From: an uncultured Gemmataceae bacterium
GTDB lineage: Bacteria; Planctomycetota; Planctomycetia; Gemmatales; Gemmataceae
Direction: 5' to 3'
Length of the DNA stretch: 64,000 nt
NCBI GenBank assembly: GCA_963750165.1
Contig: CAVVPN010000004.1
Location: 672,001-736,000, forward strand
Shown here in pieces: positions 51,001-59,611 of this stretch. The stretch's first letter is position 1. Each line of letters begins with the position of its first letter. The notes below the pieces were generated by a model. It saw nothing but the letters and a program-made list of their open reading frames with translations, had not been told where the DNA came from and ran no database searches. The translations under genes were made by a program, and so were the position numbers.

Positions 51001-54000
51001 CTGCAGCGCCAGTGGCACCCCGTCGATGTTCAGGGATTCGGACTCCGGCACAGGCATCGTGTTCACCTGCACGGTGACCGCGCCGGCTGTGACCGTCACG
51101 CCGGGGACCGTGAAGGTCGCCGTGGCGCTCACGCTCGCGGCCACGCCCTGGCTGGTGATCAGAAAAGCACCGCTACCATTCGTGACACTGACGTAAGTGT
51201 TCGTGCTGTCCCTGAGCGTCAGGCTCACGTTGCTGGCGCCGACCTCCACCAGCTGGCTGCCGTCGTTGGCGATGATCTGCTGGACCGTGTAGTTGCCCGT
51301 CAGCACCTGGCCGCCGACCGTCAACTGCTGGCCGGTGACCGTGGCCTGGATGCTCTGATGGTTCGGGTCGGTGGTGTCGATGGCGACCGTGAAGTTGCCG
51401 GTGAAGGACACCCCGGACAGGTTCACCAGCGCCGTGGCACTGAAACTGCCCTGAACGGACGTTCCGGAGAACTGCCCGTTCACCATGCGCGCCGCCAGCG
51501 TGAACTGCGCCGTGGTGCCGACGTTCTGCGTCAACTCGACGAGCGGATTCGTCCCATCCGTCAGCACCAGCATGGCGTTGGCAATCGTCAACTGTACACT
51601 GTTCGTGCCCTGCTGGAAGGTGAAATCGCCCATCAGCGTCTGGCCGAGCAGTTGCAAGTTGACGCCCGTACCGCTCACGACAAACGTCGGCGTCGCCGCC
51701 AGGGCGAGCACGACCGGGACGCCGCCGACGCTGAACGACTCGTTGACCGCGGCGCCGGTGTTGTTCACCGCCACCTGGAAGTTGCCCCGCAGGCTCACGC
51801 CCGGGGCGTTGACGGTGACCGTCCCGCCCAGGGTGCCCGCCAGGCCGGCGCTGTTAATCAGGAACGTACCTTGACCGTTGTTCACATCGACGAGGGCGTT
51901 CGTGCCGTCGCCCAGGGCCACCGTCACGTTGGAGGCGGCGACCTGTAGCACCGCATGACCGGCGCTGGTCGTGATCGACTGGAACCCGAAGTTGCCCGAC
52001 AGCGTCTGCCCCGCGACCGTCATCTGAACATTCGTCGCGTTCACTTGCAGCAGGGGGCCGGCTGCCACATTGACGGCCATTGTCGTACCGCCCACCATCA
52101 CGCTGTTCTGATAAGCCGAGCCGGTGCTATTGAGCACGAAGCTCACGTCACTGCTGGCCGTGTTCAGCTGAATCGCATTGGTCGTTGTCAGCGCGATACT
52201 GGCGTTCACCTGCCCAACCAGGCCGTCCGGCGTCAGCAGCGCCAGACCGCTGCCGTTGGTGATGGTCAGCGCCCCGCCCGGGCCGAGGTTGACGCCGACG
52301 TTCGCGAAGGCCACGGTCAGCACCTGCTGACCATCGGTCGTGGTCGCCTGATCGAATGTGAAGCTGCCGTTGAGCGTTTGCCCAAGGACGTTCAACCCCA
52401 ATGTGCCCTGGAAGCTGCGTGAACCTCTGGCCACGGTCGTGCCGATGCCCGGCACCATCCAGTCGGCGGCGGAGTTGTTGAACTGCACCGTCGCGGTGGC
52501 GCCGGCCGCCAGGCTGACGCCGGGGACGCCCACCAAACTCACGTTCCCCGTGGCGTACAGAGCGTAGTCCAGGCCGCCGGGTGTGGCACTATCCGTGAAC
52601 TGCTGGGCATGCAGCGTCACGCCGGTCAGCAGCAGGCCGCGGGCCGTCGGGTTGGGCGTGGTGCCGTCGGCGAGGTAGGCCGGGCCCTGCCCAAGGAACA
52701 GGCTCGCGTTGGTGACGGTCAGGTTGCCGTTGGTGTCCACGCTGACGGTGCCGTTGACCGTGACGAAGCCGCCAATGTTCAGGCTCGCCCCACCGGCCGT
52801 CAGCGCGATGAACGGTGTGCTGCCGTTGGCCGCCTCGTTGCTGGCGAAGACGAGCGGCAGCGCCGCTCCGCCGGTCGGGACCGATGTCTGATCCGGCACC
52901 GGAATCGTTTCGTTGACAGCGCCGGGGGTGGTGTTGATGCGCAGATCGAGGTTGCCGCCGAGCTGGAAGCTGCCCACGTTAGCGGACACCTGCCCCGAGA
53001 AGATGCCGGCCACGCCATTGCTCAGCACGACCAGCGCCCCGTGGCCGCCGCTCAGCGCCCCTGGGTGCCGACGGTCGCGGCCAGGTTCGCCACGGCGATG
53101 CGCGTCACGCTGCCGGTGCTGGTGCCGGTGCCCTGAATCTGATCGACGAAGAAGTCGCCCTGCAGCACCTGGCCGCCGACGGTCAACTGCGCATTCCGCG
53201 CCACCACCTGAATGTGCGGCCCGGCCGGCACGTTCACCTGCACCGACTGGCCGCCGACCGTGAACGTCTGATGGATGGCGGCGGACTCGGTGTTGAACTG
53301 CACCTGCACCGTCGTGGCCAACAGCGACACGCCGGCCGCACCACCGATGGTCAGCGTTGGGCTGCCCGAGAAGCTGCCCGCGACGCCGTTACTGTCGAGG
53401 ATGAACGCGCCCTGACCGGACTGGACATTGATACCGTTGTGGTTGGCATCCTGCAGGTTCAGACTCGCGTTGGCCAGCGCCACCGACACCACCTGGGCGC
53501 CCGTCGCCGTCGTCACCGCTTGCAGCGTGAAGTCGCCCGTTAACGTCTGTGTCTGTCCGGTGGCGCCCGGCAGCGGCAGCGTCAGCGTCTGGCCCGTGGC
53601 CGCGAGCTGGAAGTATGGGCCGGCAGGCAAGTTGAGCAGCGACGTGGACGCCGTGTTGACGCTCAGCGTGTACGTCCCCGACAGCGCCGCCCCGCCGACG
53701 GCGACGTTCAGGCCGAACGAACCGGTGCCGGCGAAACCACTGCTGCCGAGCTGGAACGTCGCGGTGGCGCCGTTGGCCGCCCCTTGCGGCGCCGTCAGGC
53801 TCAGCAGGGTGTTGCTGCCATCCGTCAGCGTCGCCTGCAACTGCGTGCCGGCGAGCGTGAAATCGAAGCCCTGCTGCGTCGAGGCGGATACCGTCCACTG
53901 GCCGGACAGCGACTGGCCCAGCACGTTCAGCGTGCCGCCGAAAGTCACTGGCGTCGTGATCCTTCCGGCGAGGAAGGCGAAGAAGTTCGACGCCACGCTG

Positions 54001-55178
54001 GCCGTGCCGCCGTGGCCGCCGCCGGCGAAGGCGCCTGCACTGATCGCCTTGCCCAGCTGCTGCGCCACCGTCCCCGGCGTGTCCCCGGCCACCGACGTGT
54101 AACTGTACGTCTGGCCGTCCAGCAGCACGCTCCAGACGTGGCCTGCGTTGACCGCGCCGCTGATGGTGAGCGTCGCGGACGTGAAGGCGGTCGCGCTGGG
54201 GGTGGCGGTGATGGCGATGCCGGGGTCCGTGGTCGAGACGCTGGAGGTGCCGCCCGGGTTGGCCGGGTTGCTCGTCAGATCCAGTTCCGAACCCTGCACT
54301 TCCGCCTGGCCGGGCACCTCGGCCACCACCAGGTTGTACACCTTGTTGACCGGATCGAGTTGCGGCTTGAAATACAGCCCGTTGCCAATGCCCAGCCCCT
54401 GGAACTTTGTGAAGTCGCCCGTCACGGAGCCGAAGGTCAGGAATGGGAAGGTGTCGCCGACGGCCGGCTGAAAATTGTTGCCGAGCTGCACTTGCAGCGT
54501 GCCGTTCAGGCTGGCGGCGCCGGCCACCTGCAACTGGTCGTAGCCATCGCCCGCGCCGGCCGCCCCCTTGCCGTAGACCTGAACGACCAGGGTGCCGGTC
54601 GCGGTCTGGCTGTAGGAGGCGAATTGCTGAATGCCCGGCGAGTTGCCGGGGCTGACCACGCCACTGCTGACCACGGGGCCGCTGACGGTGCCGTTGCCGG
54701 TCACCTCGTCCGTGGAGCCGAGCACCAGGGAACCGTCCACGCCGCCGCCCGGCGTCAGGTGGTAGTTGTGGCCGGCAGGCGCCGCCAGGGCGTCGGTGGC
54801 GAAGGCCTGGTCCAGGGCTGACGCTTGTGGCCCGGCCGGGGCGGCCGGTAGCGGCGTATCCTGCGTGAGCCAGTCTCCCGAGGCGAACAGCTGGTCCACG
54901 GCACCGACGGAATTCGGGGGCAGGCTGGTGGGCGTCTGAATGGAGCTGGAGGAAGGTTGCGGTACGGTCAGGTTGTTGGCCGTCACTCCGGTCTGGGTGG
55001 GGAGCACTGGCGGCTGGAGGGGGTTCTCGGGCAAAGCGGGCCCGGTCGGACAGATGCGATCTTCCAGTTGCTCCAGGCGCGGGCGTATCCACTCCCCCTT
55101 TGCGAAGAAGGGGAGCGGTCGCTTCGACTTCGGCGGCGGTTGGCCGTCCAAAGGCTGGTGCAACACGGAGATGGCCAT
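1..55178 (-). CDS. Giant extracellular beta-repeat protein with planctomycete export motif (>18,300 aa, 3' end beyond window; five 1-2 nt frame breaks)
   Basis: Minus-strand ORFs 53052..55178, 43906..53028, 27122..43867, 21535..28857 and 2778..22565 join with continuous repeat phase after 1-2 nt corrections. I translated 2814..1 by hand (QLLYIDNNGFQ...YYLGTEPVLYLGGE) and found no stop. Composition is uniformly G/T/V/A/S/L/N-rich. Confidence 0.85.
1065..3105 (-). repeat. Module A cluster: ~80-aa P.LTF....GDTITRS.GSW..DGF..G..I...GT..N(N/D)G.YT module (6 copies here; 4 more at ~28325-28570, ~34960-35225, ~38370-38612, ~46415-46655)
   Basis: Hand translation, e.g. DTITRNTGSWITDGFEVGNVIYVSGTNSNNGSYT, ETITRASGSWIADGFKVG, DTITRSAGSWVTDGFQAG, YTITRNAGSWIDDNFTAG, DTITRNSGNWGADGFQV, DSITRSSGSWTADGFQAG. 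Confidence 0.9.
4880..7430 (-). repeat. RTX/hemolysin-type Ca-binding-like Gly-rich nonapeptide region
   Basis: GGSGNNIF, GGAGTDNI, GGGGSDIL, GGQGSDTF, GGTGNDNF, GGAGNNLF, GAGGNDNI and GGTGDNTI in the 6595-aa ORF. Confidence 0.7.
10040..14790 (-). repeat. Six ~115-160 aa Ig-like repeats (A.L..P..G......N..GYIDVTF...YR(Y/F).F.G....G.V.V.F.AG...D)
   Basis: Four tandem copies at 10040-11565 and two at 13990-14790. The Ig-like assignment is inferred from length and pattern. Confidence 0.7.
14840..53960 (-). repeat. Core array of degenerate ~110-130 aa beta repeats (NT..VN.T..V....L.LPAGP(F/Y)....G..L...GQ.L.G.F.F.Q)
   Basis: Roughly 40 exact PAGP motifs plus variants counted by eye. Residues alternate hydrophobic/polar. 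The DNA 'gaagttgcccgtcagcgtctggcc' and close variants recur. Confidence 0.9.
18441..21810 (-). repeat. Module B inserts: ~95-aa EVQ.VTV.A.GGTFTLSFNGQTT..(L/I)AYNA.A..VQ.AL..LSNIG.GNV.VT..GN.YT.TFQGTLAN repeats (9 tandem + 1 single)
   Basis: Nine GG(S)T(F/Y)TL cores at 18441-21177 and one at ~21540-21810. A further copy lies at ~13330-13610. Confidence 0.9.
54325..54700 (-). other. Autotransporter-passenger-like / beta-helix cap domain common in PVC secreted proteins
   Basis: Translation VSPGNSPG...YDQLQVAGAASLNGTLQVQLGNNFQPAVGDTFPFLTFGSVTGDF. Confidence 0.6.
55047..55085 (-). other. Planctomycete extracellular-protein N-terminal motif (RPRLEQLEDRICP; Planc_extracel / LEPR-XLL-like)
   Basis: Residues 32-44 of the ORF starting at ATG 55178 match the RxxxExLExRxxx pattern. 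No classical hydrophobic Sec signal precedes it. Confidence 0.8.
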
Positions 55179-55511
55179 TACGCGCTCTACAAGTGCTCTG
55201 CTTGCCTTCCGAACAGAACGATCCCCATCCCTTGAAGGACGATACTTCGGCGCGACAACACGATCCCCGATCCCAGCGGGATGGACTACCCTGCGAGGGG
55301 GTAATCTTGCCCGTGGACCGTTTACCCAGGCGATTGGAGAGAGCTTCTTACAGACGAGCCGATTCCACCGGCTCTCAATTGCCGTTACGAGAGAGGCGCG
55401 GTACGATACGTCTCGATCTCACAGGCAGAACAGTTTCTGGTTGAGGTTTTGTGCCGCTCGTCAATCTTCTCTTTCCGTTTGATGAACGGGCGGCGAGTAA
55501 AGTAGAGTTAT

Positions 55512-55540
55512 GTGTTAATCGCCCAGATTGGCTCTGTCAA
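55512..55540 (-). promoter_or_regulatory. Candidate sigma70 promoter for the giant gene (TTGACA-17 nt-TAACAC)
   Basis: Perfect -35 TTGACA (+ strand tgtcaa 55535-55540), 17-nt spacer and a weak -10, in an AT-rich intergenic patch. Confidence 0.4.
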
Positions 55541-55665
55541 GCATTTTCCCCAAGAAGTTTTTTTTGATTGCCGTCTGCCGTTCCGTCTGGCGCGGACGCA
55601 CCAACAGTTCTGCTACAATCGTGGCAATATTGAAGTGACAGTGGCAATCAGGCATCCGCGGCGCG

Positions 55666-58122
55666 TCATTTCCGCAGCCGGGCCAGCGCCTCGCGGGCGT
55701 CGAGCGTCAGGTGCGCATCGGGAGCGCCGCCGGCCAGGCGCTGCAGCAGCGCCGTCGCCGCGGGTGTGGCCATCGCCTCCAGGGCCTGCACCGCCCGCAA
55801 CGCCCGCAGTGCGTCGCCCGGCGGCAGGTTGACATCACGCGGCGGGAGCGCGTCCAGCAACTTCTCGATGCGCCGTTTCATTTCCAGCGGTGGTTTCGCC
55901 GTTAGCGCCTGACGCAGAGCCGGGCCAACCTGACCGCCCAGTTGCTTTAACTTCGCCGTCGCCTGTTCGCGGGTCCTGAATTGTTTCGCCCCCAGTTGCT
56001 CGATGAGCGCCTGCAGCTCTTTGGCGGTAACGTTCGGCACCGGGGAGAGTTTTTTGTTGAAGAAGGGCACCGCCAGATCCGGGTGCGTCGCCAACTTGCC
56101 GACGGCCTCCTGTCCCGTCTTCGCGTCGCCATCGGCCAGCGCTTGCCAGCACTTTTCCAGGTCGGCCGCGGTCAGCTTGACGCCCGCGCCCGGCAGCACA
56201 CCGTGACCGGGGCGCACGTCCCAGAGCAGGACGGTCCCATCCGTACTGCCCGTGGCCAGCCATTTACCGTCCGGGCTAAAGATCGGAACACTCAACAAGC
56301 CCGCATAGCTTTCATGGCCGCGCAGGTCCGCGAACGGCTTGCCGGTGGCCATCTCCACCAGCCGCACGGTTTTGCTGTCCTGTGCCCAGGCGGCCAGGAT
56401 GCGGCCATCCGGCGAAAACCGCACGTTAGCGAACGCGCTCAGACTGGGCACCTGCGCATTCAGATTGAGTAACGTGCGCCCCGTGATGGGGTCCAGAATC
56501 ACCGACACCAGCGCGGAACCGCCGGACACAGCCACGGCTCGGCCTGTGGGCACGACGGACAATTTCGGTGGAAAAATTGGGTGTTCGGGGTGCCCGACCT
56601 GATGTTCCGGGCCGAGCAGTTTCCCATCCGTAACCCGTAGCCGCCGCACAACCGACCGCCGATCGGCCAGCAGCACGGCCGTGCCGTCCGCCGTGAAGTC
56701 AACGAAAGGAGAAGGAATTTGCTTGATCTCCGGATCAGACAAGGTCCACAGGAGTTTCCCCGTGGCGGCGTCGCGGAGCTGGAGCCAACCTGGCCCCAAC
56801 ACAACGAACTGGTTACCGCGTGGCGAAATGGCAACGATTCTGTCCCCGTCGGGGAGTCCGATCGGGGGCGTCTCCACCCCGCGGCCCAGGTCCAGCAGGG
56901 TATACCGTTTCCCATCCTGCGGCCTCTCCAGCACCACCGCGCCGGATGCCGTGAGGCTATGATGAAAATGGTTCTCCAGAACAACCCGTTTCAGGGCAGC
57001 CCCGGTCGTCGGCGAGGTCGTCCACGTCCACATGCCGTCGTCGTCCCACACGACCAGCCTGCCGTCTGGGAAAAACCCCAGTGGCTCCGGCCTGGCGTGG
57101 CCGATGAGTGGCAGCAATTCCTTGCCGGTGGCGGCGTTCCAGAGCTGAATCACGCCAGTATTGCTCCCGGTGGCCAGCGTGCGACCGTCCGGGGAAAAGG
57201 CCAGGGCGTCCGTCCCCGTCCGGGCGGCGATCTGCAAGCGTTTCTTGCCGGTTTTCACGTCCCACAGCCGCACCGGCGCTTCCTCCCCTCCCCGGGCTGC
57301 CAGGGTCCGCCCGTCGGGAGCGAAGACCGCCAGGCCGCCTCCGGTCGGCAGCGTTTTTAGTTGCCGTCCCGTGGCCGCGTCGATGATTTCCAGGCTCTCC
57401 TTGTCGCCGAAGGCCAGCTGCCGGCCGTCGCGCGAAAAGGCCAGGGGAATTGCCTCCTTTTCGTCCTCGTGCGACAGCCGTAGTTCGTTGGTGACCACAT
57501 CCCAGACCGTCAGCTCGTCTTTCCGCGGCGCGGCAAGGCGCCGGCCGTCCGCGGAAAAAATCGGCTGAACCCTGGCGCGTGCCGGCACGTCAAACTTCTG
57601 CACCTCCCGCCCGGTCGCCACGTCTCAGATCCGGCCGTCGCCGTCCTCGTCCACGGTGGCCAACTGTTTCCCCGCGTTGAGGAAACGCCCATTCGTGTAA
57701 AAGCCGAAGTGCGAGGGGAAGCAGCCGAAGGTCTTCTGCAACTTGCCGTCGGCGACACGCCACAAGCGGACGGCGCCGTCGTAGCCGACCGACGCCAGCG
57801 TCTTGCCGTCCGGCGTAAAACACACCGCCACGATTCTGTCATCGTGCTCGCCGAGTGCGAACACGCGCTTGCCCGTGGACACCTCCCACAGTCGAACCGT
57901 GCCGTTGTAACAGCCACTGGCCAGCAGCTTGCCGTCCGGCGAAAAGGCGAGCGCCTGAACCGAGTTCGGGTGCCTCAGCCGCATGGTGCCGAGGCGGGCC
58001 ACCGCGCCCGGCGGCAGCGGGTCGCCGTACCTGTCCAGGGACGCGGGCGGCTGGGCCGACGCTGGCGTCGCCAGACACCCCCACAGCAGCGGCAACAGAC
58101 AGACGAAACAGACGCGGTTCAT
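55666..58122 (-). CDS. WD40 beta-propeller protein with signal peptide and C-terminal helical (HEAT-like) domain; interrupted by in-frame TGA at 57625-57627 (pseudogene or base error)
   Basis: [23 protein letters not shown] signal, [16 protein letters not shown] motif and repeated AFSPDG..LA...G.V.LW units. ORFs 57625..58149 and 55666..57621 are in the same frame (CGG ATC TGA GAC GTG). Confidence 0.85.
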
Positions 58123-58239
58123 GGTCGGGCTCTCCTGGCAGCGGGCCAAAATCCCTGCCTCATCCTAACCGCCACCTCTACGGGGCTGCCATCCTGATCT
58201 CTGGCCGCCTGCACTACGGCCCGCCGACCGAAGTTTTCG

Positions 58240-58268
58240 TTGACAAACCCCACGCGCCGGGCGACGAT
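58240..58268 (+). promoter_or_regulatory. Candidate sigma70 promoter of the DUF1559 gene
   Basis: TTGACA at 58240-58245, 17 nt, then weak -10 GACGAT; AAGGAGG RBS at 58318-58324. Confidence 0.35.
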
Positions 58269-58329
58269 ACTTTCACAACATTCTTATGCCGAACTGGTGG
58301 TCTATTTCCGGGTTATCAAGGAGGTCTTC

Positions 58330-59253
58330 ATGCACAGGCGACTGCGCGGCGCGTTCACGCTCATTGAGTTACTGGTCGTCATCGCGATCATTGCCATCCT
58401 GATCGGCCTGCTCCTGCCTGCCGTGCAGAAGGTGCGCGACGCGGCGGCTCGAACGCAGTGTGAGAACAACCTGCACCAGATCGGCCTCGCCTGCCACCAG
58501 GCCAACGACACTTTCAAGGGCATGCCGCGCTACGCGGAGCAGGGCTACCCCACCGCGGGCGCCTTTTCGCCGCCTAACCCGCGCACCTTCGACGGCACCA
58601 TCCACTTCTATCTGCTGCCGTTCCTGGAGCAGAGTAATTTGATGCAGTTGTGGAACGGCGTCTCGAACAACGGCGCCAACGGCCTGAACGGGCCGAACAT
58701 CCCGCACACGCCGGAGGTGTTCGTCTGCCCGTCGGACCCGACCATGACCGACGACCGCACCACCAACCACAATTCGCCGTTGGCCAGCGGCGCCGGCTTC
58801 GCCATCACCAGTTACAGCTTCAACGGCCAGGTGTTCGGCAACACCTGCCAGCGGCCGCGCGTTCCGCAGACGTTCCGCGACGGCACCTCCACCACGGCGC
58901 TGCTGTTCGAGCGTTACGCCATCTGCGGCCAGAACGGCGACGTGCGGACCTGGGGCGACGGCGCCGGCAACTCGCCAAACGCCGAGGCGGCCTATCTCGT
59001 CAATACCGGCGACAACCCGGGCGTACCCGGCGTGGCCTGGGTTGACAAGTACGTGACGGCCGTGTTCCAGTCGAACCCGACACCGGCGGGCTGCCTGGCG
59101 TCGCGCTGGAACAGCGCGACGCCGCACCGGGCCATGGCCGTGCTGCTGGGCGACGCCAGCACGCAAAACATCAGCCCGGGCGTGTCGCTGGTGACCTGGC
59201 GAGCGCTGATTACGCCGGACGGCAACGACATCGTGGGGCCGGACCTGGAGTGA
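58330..59253 (+). CDS. Prepilin-type N-terminal cleavage/methylation, DUF1559 family protein
   Basis: [59 protein letters not shown] and a C-terminal H..M.VLLGDAS motif; strong RBS. Confidence 0.93.
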   Translation: MHRRLRGAFTLIELLVVIAIIAILIGLLLPAVQKVRDAAARTQCENNLHQIGLACHQANDTFKGMPRYAEQGYPTAGAFSPPNPRTFDGTIHFYLLPFLEQSNLMQLWNGVSNNGANGLNGPNIPHTPEVFVCPSDPTMTDDRTTNHNSPLASGAGFAITSYSFNGQVFGNTCQRPRVPQTFRDGTSTTALLFERYAICGQNGDVRTWGDGAGNSPNAEAAYLVNTGDNPGVPGVAWVDKYVTAVFQSNPTPAGCLASRWNSATPHRAMAVLLGDASTQNISPGVSLVTWRALITPDGNDIVGPDLE

Positions 59254-59258
59254 GCGTT

Positions 59259-59290
59259 GGCCGCGCAGGCGCGACGCCTGCACCACGGCC
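59259..59290. repeat. REP-like palindrome (GTGG foot plus GCAGGCG/CGCCTGC stem) after the DUF1559 stop
   Basis: Minus strand reads GTGGTGCAGGCGTCGCGCCTGC; 7-bp stem at 59265-59281. Confidence 0.55.
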
Positions 59291-59319
59291 AGGGCGCCGC
59301 ATCTCGACGTATGAAAACG

Positions 59320-59349
59320 TTGGCGTTCTTGGCGTTCTTGGCGTTCTTG
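59320..59349. repeat. Tandem 9-mer (TTGGCGTTC)x3
   Basis: ttggcgttc ttggcgttc ttggcgttc ttg, read directly. Confidence 0.85.
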
Positions 59350-59558
59350 CTGTGGCAAACCATGTCACCCCGCGCCCCGTCGTGCCACGCTGCGGAGCGG
59401 CTGCCGCGGTACGGATTGCGGCCTTCGCGACGGTCGCGGTATATTCCCCCGGCGGCCAAGATGCTCCCGTGGCACGGCTCTCCCGAGCCGTGTCGCCAGC
59501 CTGGCAGTGTCCGATTTGCTGCTGCTCTGAAGCCGCGCCCGCCGCGACGGCCCGGGGC

Positions 59559-59567
59559 TGCTATACT
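59559..59567 (+). promoter_or_regulatory. Extended -10 element (TGcTATACT) upstream of cimA
   Basis: TGnTATACT lies 45 nt upstream of ATG 59612. Confidence 0.45.
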
Positions 59568-59611
59568 TGAAGGAAGTACCTGGCGCACCCGGCACCTACT
59601 GGCGGACCTCC

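Noticed and set aside
22675..53065. Programmed ribosomal frameshifting at the breaks
   Set aside because: No X_XXY_YYZ slippery heptamers, mixed directions, and five sequential events would make full-length yield negligible.
14840..53960. CRISPR array or diversity-generating retroelement
   Set aside because: The DNA repeats are degenerate, codon-phased coding repeats. There are no constant repeat-spacer units and no cas or reverse transcriptase genes.
2778..55178. Operon of five or six separate large adhesin genes
   Set aside because: The internal 'starts' fall mid-repeat with no convincing RBS or signal, and 1-2 nt corrections restore continuous repeats. Not formally excluded without reads.
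55611..55619. Plus-strand extended -10 (TGCTACAAT)
   Set aside because: It points into the 3' end of the WD40 gene, with no -35 and no credible downstream ORF. It could be chance or an antisense promoter; unsupported.
57625..57627. Alternative genetic code (TGA=Trp) or selenocysteine
   Set aside because: TGA terminates the DUF1559 gene and cimA, Trp is TGG elsewhere, and the position is a WD Trp rather than a catalytic Cys.
55666..59253. WD40 and DUF1559 genes as dedicated partners of the giant protein
   Set aside because: Both belong to highly paralogous planctomycete families, so adjacency alone is not evidence; this would need conserved synteny.
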